From: the human T2T-CHM13v2.0 reference genome, Homo sapiens | Assembly: GCF_009914755.1 (NCBI RefSeq) | Contig: NC_060928.1 | DNA: 64,000 nt | Direction: 5' to 3' (one strand) | Shown: positions 46,063 through 60,939 of the stretch, piece after piece | Layout of the letters: every line of letters starts with the position of its first letter | How positions within the stretch are numbered: position 1 is the stretch's first letter | Notes under the pieces: model-generated | What the model was told of the DNA's origin: nothing | The model's database searches: none | The model's input: the letters and a program-made list of their open reading frames with translations, nothing else | Translations under genes and position numbers: made by a program

Positions 46063-46240
46063 GGCTGAGTACAGTGGTTCGCACTTGTAATCCCAGCACT
46101 TTGGGAGGCCAGGATGGGGGGATCACTTGAGCCCAGGAGTTCGAGACTAGGCTAGGCAACATAGGGAGACCTTGTCTCAAATAAAATAAAATAAAATGAA
46201 ATAATAAAATAAAATATAAAATAATAAAATAAAATAAAAT
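46063..46240 (+). mobile_element. Alu monomer (FLAM_C-like) with (AAAAT)n tail
   Basis: Left monomer motifs. Confidence 0.88.
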
Positions 46241-46645
46241 AGAATGATGTGTTGTAATAACTAGAATTCTACATCCAGCCAGCAAAAATAGTGTTTAAAG
46301 GCGAAAGCAAAATAAAGACTTTAGATAACAAAAACCTAAAGAATTGGACAACAAAACACCTGTACCAATACAAATATTGAAGAAAAATTTTCAGGCAAAA
46401 ATAAAATGATCCCAGATGAACTCATGAAAATACAGCAAAAAATAAACAATTGAAAGGGTCAATATGTAGGTAAATGTAAATGAATATAGACTCAATGAAA
46501 AATAGAAAGTTACACATGAAGAAGAATTAAATAGAATGACTTGATCTATCAGACACCAGAAATTATTATAAAGCAATAGTAACTAAGAAGTATGGTACTC
46601 TTTCAGGTTAGACAAGTAGGTGAATAGAATAAAAAAGAGCTACAT

Positions 46646-46950
<305 letters not shown>

Positions 46951-47993
46951 CTACACACAGAAACTTGAAAGATGATTGAGTGGGCAATGCACATCAGCAG
47001 TATAAGAATGAACTATTAATAAATACAGCTGAGAACACTGATTCTCCGTTCATGAAACAATGAAACAGATCCCTATTGTAAGCATTGTACATACAACCAA
47101 GGTAGAATACAAACTTAAATTTGGAAGGTCAAACTATAAAGTTTCAGAAGAGTTTATTGGAGTATATTTAATAACCTTGGAGTAAGGAGAAATTTCTTAA
47201 GACCCCCCGAAAAAGGAAAATATCAAAAAGTTGCCATTAAAATTAAGAATCTCTAGTCTTCATATCATAAAGAGAGTAAAAATACAAAATTCAAGTTTTG
47301 AAAATAAATTTTTGATATATATAACTGACAAAGGAAGATATAAATCTAGAATATATAAACACTTCCTAAAGTCAATAAGAAAGAGACTAGCAATGTAGTA
47401 GATAGATGGGTAGAAGTGGGAACACAAACGTGACCCCAACACCACATGAAAAGATGATCAGTCACATTAGTAATAAGGGCAATGCAAAATGAAACCACAA
47501 TGAGATGCCACTTCGCACCCAGCCATTGGCAAAAATTATTAAGTTAGGTAAGTACCAGTTTCAACGAGAATGTGGGCCTATCAATACTCTTACATATTTC
47601 TGGTGAGAGATACCTGTGTATCTCAAGGCACATACAAAAGAGTTCATGATCGCAAAAACAAAAAACAAAAAAACAAAAACTGGAAACCACATAAATGCCA
47701 ACAGTAACATGAATTTTAAAATATGGTATAGTTTTATTATGGGATACTGTATAGCAGTTTAAAAATGAATTACAGCTATGCATATGAAAATGGATTAATC
47801 TGAAAAGCTGTTTAACTTGGATCAATCAGAAAAATAGAAAAGAAGCTCATTTTATGACCAAATAATTCCTTTATATAAATTTTATAAGCAAGGAAAATTA
47901 AACAGTATATTGTTTGTGGATATAGGCTTAAGTGGTAAAACTACGAAGGAAAGCAAGGGAATCACTGCAAAAAAAATCAGAAGTGTAGTTGTT

Positions 47994-48160
47994 GGCTGGG
48001 CACAGGGGCTCACACCTGTAATCCCAGCACTTTGGGAGGCCGAGACAGAAGGCTCACTGGAGGCCTGGAGTTCAAGGCTGCAGTGAGCTATGATCAGCCC
48101 GAGATGACAGAGTGAGACCCTGTCTACAACAAACAAACAAAGAAACAAATAGCAACAACA
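47994..48160 (+). mobile_element. Alu monomer-length element (left/right fusion or FAM-like)
   Basis: Left-arm start joined to ggagttcaaggctgcagtgagctatgat right-arm end. Confidence 0.8.
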
Positions 48161-49359
48161 AAGGAAAAAAATCAGGAAAAAAGAGTAGTTGTCTTTGGAG
48201 CTAGAAGAGGATGCCTTCAGTGATAGGTACTCCAGGGCTTCTGAGGGTCTGGTATGTTCTAGCTCTAAGTCTTTAGTGGTGGACACATGAGTGTTTTTTT
48301 ATTATTATTTCTCTGTGAAGTGCCTAATACGTTTTTTTTTTCACTTTTTGAAAAGAAATTGTCCTTCAGTTTTCTGTTAAGCACTTCATGGATTCCAAAG
48401 CAGAATTATTCACATTCTTTGCATTCATTCGGGCTGGGTTTGCTCAACTCTGGACCCCTGAAGCCACGGAGCATGCCTGCTGGATTCCCATGTTTCAGAG
48501 CGGAAATTTTCCTCCCCAGTGTGAAGAGCCTCAAGAGAGGCAGAAGATGCTGCTTACTACACACCTTGAACACGTAGAGGGTTAAAGAAGATAATGGAAG
48601 AGCTGAGGAAAGAAGAACTGTGTAATGCACAAGAGACAACACAGAAAAAATAGAAATCGGCATTTGGAATCTCATAAGAAATTATTTGGTTGGGGATGAT
48701 AAATATGATGTTCATAATTATGATGAGAAGGAGCATTCGAATTCTGGTGCTTTGGTTTGCTCTAATCATCCATCTCTTTTCTTCTATTAATTTATTCTGA
48801 CCTTTGAGAATCTCTTGTTTGGGTTTTCCCCCGCCTTTCAGTTTTACATGCTGCCTTTTAAATTCTTATGCAAGCTTTTCTGTGTTTGCTAAATTAAGTA
48901 GACCCATAAAGCAATACATATGTTTGTAGTGAGCTGGAAATTACAGTGAAACTGTCTGTACTTCCTGCATTCATGAGATAATGAATGGGGTAAATTTTTA
49001 AGGAATTAGAATAGAAAATCAAGATCACAAATGGTAGGAAGCAGAAGCTTTCACAATCTGGCTCCAGGGTTTTCTGCCTCTAACAACTCTTTAATCCTCC
49101 ACTGTATTAGAACTCTCAGAACGAGCTTCGTTCCTTTCTTATTCCAAAATTACAGCTCTCTTTCCATTTGTCTCAGGTTCCAAATGACTTTTTTATCCCT
49201 GCACAATTGTTAGCATCTTCTTATTTTAAAACTGTCATCAAAACTTAGCAAGGTTCTCAGAAAACAAGGCAAATGGAAAATTCTGTGCTTCAGTGATTGC
49301 TCAGAGCCTTGAAGTGGGCACTCTGTCTGCTCATGATGAGAAGAGAGAAAAGACCTTCA

Positions 49360-49960
49360 TAATCTTAGCTCTGCAACTGGAGAATCTTAGAAATACAGCA
49401 TACCATAGAGGCCATAGAGTTCTGCTCAAAGTAAAATTCCCTTTCCTATGTCTCTGAAGAAGGTTCTTTGGCTTCAGCTTTTGACTTACTGCAGTCACAG
49501 GGAGCTTGAGACTTCAACAGACAGCTGTTATACTCTTGGAGTTGTAAGGAAATTCTTCCTTAGAGAGGTATTATAGGCCTCCTCTGGGCTAGCTTGGGTC
49601 TGTACAAGATCAATTCTTCAAATATGAAAAATGCCGTCCCCTCAGTTCGACATGTCTCCGGAGAGTCTTTTCTGAAAGTCAACATCCCTGCTTTTGTTGC
49701 CCATATAGTCTGTTTTTAGGCGTAGTTTTAGACTGTGGTGTTGCCTCTTGTTTGGAGGCTTGGCTGCAGTATGGCAGCACCCTTTTTAAAGTGAGATGCC
49801 CAAACTGAGTATCAGACTCCAGAGGAGGCCTAAATCCTGGGGGTACTAAGTGCTTTATTCCCCCTTTTATACTGAAGTTCCCAAATTTTGTTAGTTTTGA
49901 TAGAAACTACGTGACACAGGAAGCATGTATAGAAATAATCAGGGATCAGCATCAGAAATC
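49360..49960 (-). mobile_element. Probable L3/CR1 LINE remnant
   Basis: Degenerate motifs ggaaattcttcctta and taaagtgagatgcccaaactgagtatcagactccaga. Confidence 0.45.
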
Positions 49961-50293
49961 CACTGGAGTAGCTGCCCTACAGATATCTTCATTGTAAAGT
50001 CGCCACAGGTAGTAAGGCTTCCATCAAGATATGAAGTGAAATATCCCCCCTGGGCCCTGGGCAGGAGGAGCCCCAGGAGCTGAGTCTACTCCTCAGTGCC
50101 CCACCCCAGGGCCTCTTGTCTCGTCTTCTCTCTGCAGGTCTGTTCTGCTCTCCTTCTTCTCTTGGCGAAGTGACCTTTCCATGTCTTTTATGTTTCCTTA
50201 ACTTTGGTTTGCCTGTGCTCCGTGTAGCATGAAACGGACCTAGCCCAAACTCTGTAAACTTTTCAAGTGTTCTCCCATTGCCATTGCCCAGCT

Positions 50294-50450
50294 CAGTGTC
50301 TCTCAAACTTTAGTGTCCACGAAATCAACTGGGGATTTTGTTAAAATTCTGATAATAGTTCCATAGGTCTAGGATGGGGAGTGCACATTTCTACGAAGTT
50401 CCCAGCCAACGTGGATGCTGCTAGTCCACAGATCATACTTTGAGTAGCAA
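50294..50450. mobile_element. MER5A-like hAT MITE
   Basis: cagtgtctctcaaacttt...ttgttaaaa...taggtctagg...gatgctgctagtcc...actttgagtagca. Confidence 0.8.
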
Positions 50451-50801
50451 TGAATCAGGCTGCAGCTGTCCCAGTTTTCCAATTCCCCAATTCCAACTTC
50501 CTGGGAAAGGGAATTTTATGACTGTGTTCCAGTTTTTGGATTTGTTCAGCCTGGGTCAGGTGTTCACTTTGGTCCAATTAGCTACTGGAAGGGGAACAGA
50601 TGTACATGATACAAATGTGGCCACCTTGACTGGCCCTTTCAGCAGAAGCTGTGGGTGGACTGGGTAGTTTAAAATGCCAAAATAAGTCTACAGCAGAGGT
50701 CACTAAAACCCCTAGGTCGCCTTTGTATAAACGGCTCACTAAACCAAATTTTGCCTACCTTGCACTTGTGCAATTTTTCTGATGGGAAATACTGTCATTT
50801 T

Positions 50802-52171
50802 TTCTTTTTTTTTTTTTTTAAGTTCCAGGATACATGTGCAGGATGTGCAGGTTTGTTACACAGGTAAACGTGTGCCATGGTGGTTTGATGCACCTATCAA
50901 CACATCACCTAGGTATTAAGCCCCGCATGCATTAGCTATTAACCCTGATGCTCTCTCTTCGTGCACCCCCACCCTACCCCGACAGGCTGCAGTGTGTGTT
51001 GTTCCCCTCCCTGTGTCCATGTGTTTTCATTGTTCAACTCCCACTTATAAGTCAGAACAAGCTATGTTTGGTTTTCTGCTCCTATGTTAGTTTGCTGAGG
51101 ATAATGGCTTTGAGCTCCATCCATGTCCCTGTAAAGGACACGATCTTGTCACTTTTTAATGGCTGCATAATATTCCATGGTATGTATGTACCACGTTTTC
51201 TTTATTCAGTCTATCATTGATGGGCATTTGGGTTGATTCCTTGTCTTTGCTATTGTGAATAGTGCTGTAATGAACATACGTGTGCATGTATCTTTACAAT
51301 ACAATGATTTATATTCCTTTGGGTATATACCTAGTAATGGGATTGCTGGGTCAAATGGTATTTCTGGTTCTAGGTCTTTGAGGAATTGCCATATTGTCTT
51401 CTACAATGGTTGAACTAATTTCACATGCCCAGCAACAGTGTAAAAGCATTCCTATTCCTCCACAACCTCGCCAGCATCTGTTGTTTCTTGACTTTTTAAT
51501 AATCGCCGTTCTGACTGGTGTGAAGTGGTGTCTCAATGAAGTTTTGATTTGTATTTCTCTAATGATCAGTGACGTTAAGCTTTTTTTCATGTGTTTGTTG
51601 GTCACATAAATGTCTTCTTTTGAGAAGTGTTTATTCATGTCCTTTGCCCACTTTTTAATGGGATTGTTTTTTTCTTGCAAATTTAACTTCCTTGTAGATT
51701 CTGGATATTAGGCCTTTGCCAGATGGATTGATTGCAAAAATTTTCTCCCATTCTGTAGGTTATCTGTTCACTCTGATGATAGTTTCTTTTGCTGTGCAGA
51801 AGCTCTTTAGTTTAATTAGATCCCATTTGTCAATTTTTGCTTTTGTCATAATTGCTTTTGACATTTTTGTCATGAAAACTTTGCCCATGCCTATGTCCTG
51901 AATGGTATTGCCTAGATTTTCTTCTATGGTTTTTATAGTTTTTGGTTTTACATTTAAGTCTTCAATCCATTTTGAGTTAATTTTTGTATAAGGTGTTAGG
52001 AAGAGGTCCAGTTTCCATTTCCTGCATATGGTTAGCCAATTCTCCCAGTACCATTTATTAAATAGGGAATCCTTTCCTCACTCCCTGTTTTTGTCAGGTT
52101 TGTTGAAGATCATATGATTGTAGATGTGTGGTCTTACTTCTGACCTATTCTGTTCCATTGGGCTATGTAAG
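50802..52171 (-). mobile_element. L1PA (PA7/8-like) 3' ~1.35 kb
   Basis: Minus-strand ORF2 (NNPIKKWAKDMNKHFSKEDIY...); poly-T; TSD actgtcatttt at 50791-50801 and 52172-52182. Confidence 0.95.
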
Positions 52172-54884
52172 ACTGTCATTTTCTAACATAACTGACATGG
52201 TTCTGATTTCCTTTGAATCCTGTTCACACAGTTAATGTATCTTGTTTCTGATGCTTGTGTGAGGCTCAGGCCTATGAAATTCATATATTCCTGAAAAGAA
52301 AAAATATGAATTATCCTTTTATATCTTCTCATATTTTAGATGCTATTCTTCTGTCATTTTAGTGAGATTTTAGAAGAAACGAAAGACTTGTTCTTAGTCA
52401 GCCATCCTAAAGAAGAAGCACTTTACATTGTATTTTTCAAAATCCTTGTGCCAGGCCCTGAACTCAGTGCAAACCAGCCATCACTTATGTGAAACTTACA
52501 ATTATAATGGTTAACTGTCCCTTTTGGATAGCCTCTCCAGGTGGGTCAGTATGGCCCTTCTAGGGGTCTGTCTGTGTGAGATCCAAGTTGTGGGAATGAC
52601 ATCGACAGGAAAACTTTGTAGAAGTTCAGAACAGAAACTTCCACTTTACACCCCCTCCATCCACACACATATCAGATGCTGACTTCCCTAGACACTACGA
52701 CAGCAGGAACGATGTCAGAACTTTGCTTTTACTCCCTGATCTAGATGCTTACTCCATGGTGACGATTCTATAGTGCTTTCCCCTCCCAATTCCGGTATGT
52801 TTTAGTTTCAAGTATATAGGTAGTTTCTAAGGATTGAAGCACTTGGAGGAGTGTGCAGTGGGGAGGGGATGACAGGGATGGATACAGCAGGATAATGAGA
52901 ACGTTCTCTGGCATGAGTCTGGGGAAGGCAAAGAAGTGCTTCTAGCTTGGGGAGCTTAGGAAGAAATCCTAAAGCAATTCATTTCAGTCCTGGATTGTCC
53001 GACTTGGTCCTACTGTTCATTCACTTTTTTAAAACTAGTCCTAGAAAAATCATATGATCCATTTGGGGTTTGGAAAAGGTCTTCCATAATTCAGAGAACT
53101 GGCACATTAATTTAATCAGAAACTTGGCTTATTTTCCATCTCTTCATTTTGTCAGTTAAGAGGCATAGCCACAGTGGATAGATTCATTCTAGATGCAAAG
53201 AAAATCAAAGTACTCTTAGAGATTTGTTGGGCCAAGGAGACACTCACATGGGACCACCTTGTAGATCAATTTTCCAAGCCCATGAAAAATAAATGGAAGT
53301 GTCTCTGTGTGAGCCTGTTAGTACCTGATCTGCTGCATTATGCATGATCCCGCCATGTTAGTGGTGCATCTATCCATCACACTGTGTCAACAAGGATTTT
53401 CCATGTTTGCCAAATGGTAGATATCAAGACAAAATACAGTTTCCTTACTCTGGTTTTCTTGGCAGGAGCCTCTCTTGTACTTTTTTTTTTTTTTTTTTTA
53501 ACAGCTATCTGTAATTTATCTTTGTTTGGAATAGCCACAGAGGTTTGGCCTCTTCCCTTAGGGGACAGGTTTAAGGGCTTATAGACACTTCTCTAGTCTT
53601 AATATTTGCTTGATAGTTTTTCTTTTTGCAGCACTGTCATTTTTTAAAATTTCAGATAAACTTGTTATCACTAGTCTGTCTAAAAGTAGATCCCATGTAG
53701 GTTGTTAATAAATATGACTCTCATGTAGATGTTATAAGAAAAAACAAAACAAAACAAAAAATCTGATTCCTCCTCTCTGTTAGCTTACACAAATGTATAC
53801 AGATATAAAGCAAACAGCATTGTGAGATTTTTTTTCTGAAAAAAATTATTCACTTTAACGCTATAGTAGGTAGAAGGGAAGCTTGCATTTGAATTACACT
53901 CTGATAAACCCGGTAATTATACTCGCCTAATTAGAATGATTTCTGTATTTAATAGGCATGAGTTTTTGGATACCATAGCAAGTACAAAGCCCATGTGCCA
54001 TTTTTCTTTTCTTCCACAGATTTAATCTATGCTAATAGCTATTCAAACTCTTTCAGACTGCTGAATATTTGTCTTTGGTGCATTTTTCACCCTTGGCTGA
54101 GATAGTAATTGCAGCTGTTAAAAAAATTTATTTTCATTTTGTTTATTCTGTCTGTGCTCCAAATCTCCTATTCTAATTTATTTTATATTGCTCTCTCTGC
54201 TATTCTAGATTTCTCAATTTCTTCTGATTAAGGACTTTTGTTTAAATCTTGTGGATGGCAATTATTAATTTGTCAGAAAAAATATTTCAGTCCAAATCAC
54301 TATTGATTTGGATTGTCATTAGATTCAAATATTTGAATAATTGATAGTTGTATATACAAATGAACCTTTCCTACTCAACTTTAATAGTATCTGAAGCAGT
54401 GGTTTAAGTGGCTACACTTATGAAACTTATGAAGTTCCATAATTGTCAGTTTTGATTTTTTTTCCACTATGCCCTCAAATTAAAGACCTATTTTTTCAGT
54501 AACCAAGAATTCCAGAAGCCAAATCCCTCTCTTTTCCTAAAGGGTGACTTTCCTGAAGGAGAACAGAACTCATTCATAAATTTAAGTCAGTTGTTCTTTT
54601 GTTTCAGAATAGTTTGAGACAAATTTGGATAAATGTATAATTTTTGATATGAAAAGTAGGGAAATGGATATGAACCTAAGCCATAAAATTTTCACTCAGC
54701 TTTATAGACTTAAACAGAGCTGGAATAGTGTTCTTTTGTAACTCTAGATGTCAAGAGAAGCAAGTTTCTGCTACTTCCACGTTTGAAGACTGTGAACATT
54801 TACTACTACAGCGAGGTAAAAGTGTTTGTAAGTGGTACCTGTATGAACCATTTCTTTTTTATTTTAATGGTTAGGTGTTTACTT

Positions 54885-56107
<1,223 letters not shown>

Positions 56108-56351
56108 TACATGTTTTATTTCTAATAGTTTTTAGGAAAAACACAATTAGAACATAAAGTCCATAATTGCAGGGCCAAATAGAAAATAAGTCAATTTAAG
56201 ATAAAGTTCAATAAAAATACTAGATAAATAATAGTTGTGGTGGTATATGGATATAGCAAAATTTGTTGAAGTGGTCTGTGAATAAGTAAGGTTTGAGAAA
56301 TGCTTTTACAGAGGAGGTAATTTTTCAGACTTCCTTGATTTTCATGGCTTT

Positions 56352-56566
56352 CTCTTTTGTTTTTTGAGATGAGGTCTCACTCTGTTGCCCAGGCTGGAGT
56401 GCAGTGGCATGATCATAGCTCACTTCAGCCTTGACTTACTGGGCTCTAGTGATCCTCCCACCTCAGCCTCCTGAGTAGCTGGGGACTACAGACACGTGAC
56501 ACCATGTCTGGCTAATATTTTAAATTATTTGGAGAGACAAGGTTTCACTATGTTGGCCAGGCTGGT
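56352..56566 (-). mobile_element. Alu (J-like), 5'-truncated
   Basis: TSD tttcatggcttt on both sides. Confidence 0.9.
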
Positions 56567-56789
56567 TTCATGGCTTTTTTAAATCAAGTAAAAAAAATCA
56601 ACATGTACAAATATTTAAGAAATTTTAATTACCATCATCCACTACAGAGTGATTGAGCTCTGAGATTAGGTTTCTATGTAAGCCCAGGGAGAATAAAGAT
56701 TTCAGGCCTCCCCCCTGCTTTTGAGACCGTGCTTTGAACAGTCTGATTGTATAAAACCGGAAAAAGAAAAGAAAACTATATTACCAAGA

Positions 56790-57030
56790 CAAAGTGGCAA
56801 GGTGGATATTAGTACACATACTGGAGTCAGCCTGCTGGATTTGATCCTGGGTCCCACCACTTAACTAGCTATGTGACCTTGGCAAATTACCTTACGTTTC
56901 TGTGCTTCAGGTTCCTTGTGTATATAATGTGAGTTATAATAGTACCAACTTTGTATGGAATTGTGGGGAGTATATGCGTAAAAACATGTGAACATCATGT
57001 AGTAGGCTTGACGTAGGGGTGGGTTACTAT
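56790..57030 (+). mobile_element. MIR
   Basis: ccacttaactagctatgtgaccttggcaaattacctt...ataatagtacc. Confidence 0.75.
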
Positions 57031-57173
57031 TATTATCACTACTGTAATCAATCAGCACCAATACATTCAAGTGAAAAATGAGGCAGGGGAATAAATACTT
57101 CTAGAAAGCAGAAAGACTTGTGCCTTCTGGCATCTTATTGTATCTTATTGTTAACCTGCCATTAATTTCCCTT

Positions 57174-57591
57174 TGATATGGTTTGGATCTGTGTCCCCAG
57201 TCAAATCTCATGTTGAACTGTAATCCCTAGTATTGGAGGTGGGGCCTGGTGGGAGGTAATTGGATCATGGGGGTGGATTTCTCATGAATGGTTTAGCTCC
57301 ATCTCCTTGGTGCTGTCTTTGTGATAGTGAGTGAATTCTTGTGAGATCTGACTTTTTAAAAGTGTGGCACCCCGCTTTCTCTTTCTTGCTCCTGCCTCCC
57401 TCCATGTGAGACGCCTGCTCCCCCTTCACCTTCCACCATAATTGTAAGCTTCCTGAGGCCTCCTCAGAAGCAGATGCCTGTATTATGCTTCTTACACAGC
57501 CTGCAGAACTATGAGCCAATTAAACTTCTTCTCTTTGTAAATTAGCAGTCTCAGGTATTTCTTTATAGCAATGTATGAATGGCATAATCCA
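57174..57591 (+). mobile_element. MaLR solo LTR (MSTA-like)
   Basis: TG...CA termini (tgatatggtttggatctgtgtcccc ... taatcca) with perfect 5-bp TSD ccctt (57169-57173, 57592-57596). Confidence 0.92.
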
Positions 57592-57599
57592 CCCTTTTT

Positions 57600-58120
57600 C
57601 TAAGATAGCAACTGGCTCTTCCATTGGGCAACAGCCCTTCCCAATTCTCAGCGTGAGGCTGACCCTATTTTTTGGCCATCTGGTCCAGGCCTGGCCAATC
57701 CACATTTCTCATCCCTCTGTTCACACTGATTGGTCCAGAAATGGACACTTGATCTTAGTCAGAATACTACTATTCAATGATAAAATTTCTGCCGGTGCTA
57801 TTGAGAAAGTGACTCCCTTTCTTTCTGCTACAATTGCTGAGTTGATAAGACAGGATGGTGCCTCTGGGAGTCATTTTGCATCTTCTGGGGAGAGCCTGCC
57901 TGAGACTGAATCCCACAGAGAGAAATGCAAAGCTAAACAAAGAGAGAGGGAGCGAGAGACAGAAAAAGAGAGAGAAAGATGTCTACTGACATCATTTGCC
58001 AACTGGCTCCAGCTGTCTTGATCTTACCTTCCCAGCTGTGAACTCATACATTCCCTTTTTTGCCTAAGCCAGTTTGAGTTCAGTTGCTGTCATTTGTAAC
58101 TGAGAATCCTGATGAATACA
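57600..58120 (+). mobile_element. Old MaLR LTR (MLT1K/L-like)
   Basis: caggcctggccaatc...tgattggtccagaaatggacac...ccttttttgcctaagccagtttgagtt...tcctgatgaataca. Confidence 0.7.
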
Positions 58121-59157
58121 TCTTTTATAGTCAAGGGCACATTTTTGCAAGACAATTTCCTTCAGTTAAGTTGAGGGGCTTTGCTGTGTGTATGTAAATA
58201 TTTTTCTCGATGAAACTTGCATAGGTGGTTTGTATATATTACATGGAGACACTGGTAGAGCCAGGTTTATGAAATACCCCCAACAGATCGGGAGGCAGAT
58301 TTGGAGGGAAATGATGCCAGTCTGTTTACTGTGAAGCAGCCGTGGGAAGCAGGAAGACACTCATAATTTCTCAGCGTCATCTGGATTCCATGGTCTGAGT
58401 GAGATGGAATGGAGTGGCTTGGGGAGTGAGGAGGAGAGTGGGGCCGGATTCTTCTGTAGATATTGCCCTGGTGCTGCAAATGGGTGAGGGAGACGAGATC
58501 TGCTGCTTTACTTTCCTTCTTCTTTCAGCCTGCCCTTATCAGCTGTTGCTATTGGAACTTCCAGAACCTGTGCCTCCAAGTCTCAATATCCTTGTTAACA
58601 CCTCTGATAATAATCCTACCTTATACCCCTGGACTAAGACTCATCTAAACATGATGTAATCATCTGATTTCAATTGGCCCAGCCATCTGGAAAAGGTACC
58701 TTTCAATCATTTGGTTGCTCTGAAACTAAGCCTAAAATTACCACATCTATATTTAGTGACTTCCTAAACACAGTATCAATAAATATGGCTTCTTATTGCA
58801 AAGCTGGATAATTGCACTTATTCTTGTTAACATCTCATGTGCTTCAAAGAGTAATTACAGACAATGAGAAAGTTTAGGTTCAAAGGATTGTGCATATTAT
58901 CGAATAATGAATGAAGAGTGCTTGAAAGGTGTGATGGGGTTAATCACTGAGGGCTAAAACGGTCTGCTCGTGCATCGCTAAGGGAGAAGCAGCATAAGCT
59001 CTTCCACGGTGTACAATTGATGCAACTCCACACCAGCCTAAATTCTGAAACCCTAACCACCGGGAAAACAAAAGAAGTGCTATTAAGAAATGAATGGGTT
59101 CAGTGGAGGCAGGAGTGTGTATATGTGTGTGTGTGTGGGAGGGGGCTGGGGGATAGG

Positions 59158-59182
59158 GGTGTGTGTGTGTGTGTGTGTGTGT
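59158..59182. repeat. (GT)n microsatellite
   Basis: About 12 GT units, with a second short GT run at ~59115-59136. Confidence 0.9.
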
Positions 59183-59269
59183 AAAGTCCAGTAAAACTAA
59201 CCTGTGATGATTAGCAAGAACTTCCTGCTTATGGTCTTGTCTCTCTTAACTTCATTTATTTATTAATTT

Positions 59270-59765
59270 TTTATATTCAATTCATTCATTCATTTAAAAA
59301 ATAGTGAGACTCCACTTATGTTGCAGAAATTGTATCATGTGCTGGGTATAAAATGAGGCTGCCCTCACAAAGCTTATAGTCCATCTGGGAGACAGATGTT
59401 AAACTACAACGGTGATAATCACTGCAGAGCAAAGTTACAGTGTGAGATGCTGTAATCTAACCCAGTTTACAAAGGTCAGGACAGATTTCCCTGAGGACCT
59501 GACATTGAAGCTGAAGCCAGAAGGAGAAGGAGGAGTTAGATCAGCAGAAAACAGTAGAAAGCGTGAAGGCCCTGAGATGGGGAACAGCTGGCTCCTTGTA
59601 AAGGTGGGAAGAATGTTAGAGAGGTTGGAGGAAGGTGAATAAGGCTGGAGAATAAGTGAAGCTGGAGATGTGGGCTGGGGCCAGAGCAGGTGGAGCCTCT
59701 TGACCCTGTATAAGAGGCTGAACTTTATCTCAAAGCTGTCAGAGCCACACCACTGACAGGTTATA
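59270..59765 (-). mobile_element. L2 remnant
   Basis: attcattcattcattt...gtgctggg...gccctcacaaagcttatagtc...gacattgaagctga. Confidence 0.7.
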
Positions 59766-59949
59766 TGGGAAACTTTACATTTTCTTTTTAAATTAAATTT
59801 AATTTCCTTTTAGAGACAGGGTCTCACTCTGTTGCCCAGGCTGAAGTGCGGTGGCACAATCATAGCTCTCTACAGCTTTGAACTCCTAGCATCAAGCAAT
59901 CGTGCCAGGAAGGGGTTTGGGGCAGATCATGAGAAGGGTAAGCATTGCC

Positions 59950-60628
59950 TAGCACGGCACTTGTCTAAGGTGAAGGCTTTTCAAGTAAGGGTGTGTGTGT
60001 GTGCAGGGGGAGGCTCTGTCTTCCAACAATGGAAAATGGGCCTTCACTACAAATTTGGAGAGTTCAAGGAAATCAAGGTACGACCTCGAGGCATCAAGAT
60101 TCTCAAGTGCATCTACCCAGGTAGCCCCATCCCAGTTCTCAGCACTCACTTCTTCCTCATGGAGGGTCGATTTTTTCTGGGAGATTGGCTTTTGCAGGGA
60201 ATCCAGGCTTTTCTCAAGTTCTGCCATTCTTATAGTTAAGTCTTCAAGCCACAGGAGATGGGAGTCACTGTAAAAACTGCAAAGAGTTTTCTTCTTTTGC
60301 TTTAAATTGTTGATTAATAGATCTGCCAACAGATCTATCGATCAATAGATCACTTCCTCTCTTTGTTAAATCAGTTCCCCAGTCCTTACAGTTACTATTT
60401 TCTTCATACCTTCCAAACACCTGTCTCATTGCACCAGTCCACATAACTCTTTCCACTTTTATCTCATCCCAGTTCTTCATAGGTAATGGTCTTAGCAATC
60501 AGCAGGCCAGGGATTAGCCTTGTCTCCCACCAGTGATGTGGTTCTTCTTTCCATCCTGCAGCCTGGTGATCCAGCTAGAGGATTCCATATCTAGTATTGC
60601 TTCCTAGAACCATATGCCATACCAACTC
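59950..60628 (-). mobile_element. ERVL-class (HERV16/ERV3-16A3-like) internal 5' region with gag remnant
   Basis: Minus-strand frames give NWDEIKVE..FGRYEENSNCKDWG and EDLTIRMAELEKSLDS..ENWDGATWVD, resembling ERVL gag; PBS-like start ttggtatggcatatggttctaggaagc next to the LTR. Confidence 0.7.
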
Positions 60629-60895
60629 TTAGACTGGATTCCCTGAAAGTGGCATCTGGTGTGGGATTTCTTGTTGAGGTTATTATTGGGAGAGTGCTCT
60701 CCGGAGAAGAGGCATGAGAGAATCAGAAGTAGGGTATGGGAGAAAACTAAACAAGGATGTGGCTCCCCTGGAGACTAGCTTCCCCTTGTGGAAGATCTGG
60801 AGCAGAAGTTGCACCGCAGAACTGGCCCCACCTGGGGTAGGGAGGCCTGTCTTGGATACATGAGTGAGTACTGGCTGTGGTCTGCATTGCATGTC
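60629..60895 (-). mobile_element. LTR16-like ERVL LTR (3' part of the 5' LTR)
   Basis: cttagactggattccct...ttattgggagagtgctctc...aaacaaggatgtgg...ctggagactagctt...ctggagcagaagttgcacc. Confidence 0.65.
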
Positions 60896-60939
60896 GCAAC
60901 TTCCCCCAAACACACGCATAAAGAGCTGGCAACTCTCCA

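Noticed and set aside
48388-48585. 65-aa ATG-initiated ORF (MDSKAELFTFFAF...) in apparently non-repeat sequence
   Set aside because: No recognisable homology, weak -3 Kozak position, length expected by chance; would need Ribo-seq or conservation
57265-58021. ORFs of 84 and 148 aa
   Set aside because: They lie within MSTA and MLT1 LTR sequence
59832-60239. 135-aa plus-strand ORF
   Set aside because: Starts in an Alu fragment and runs antisense to the ERVL gag remnant; shadow frame
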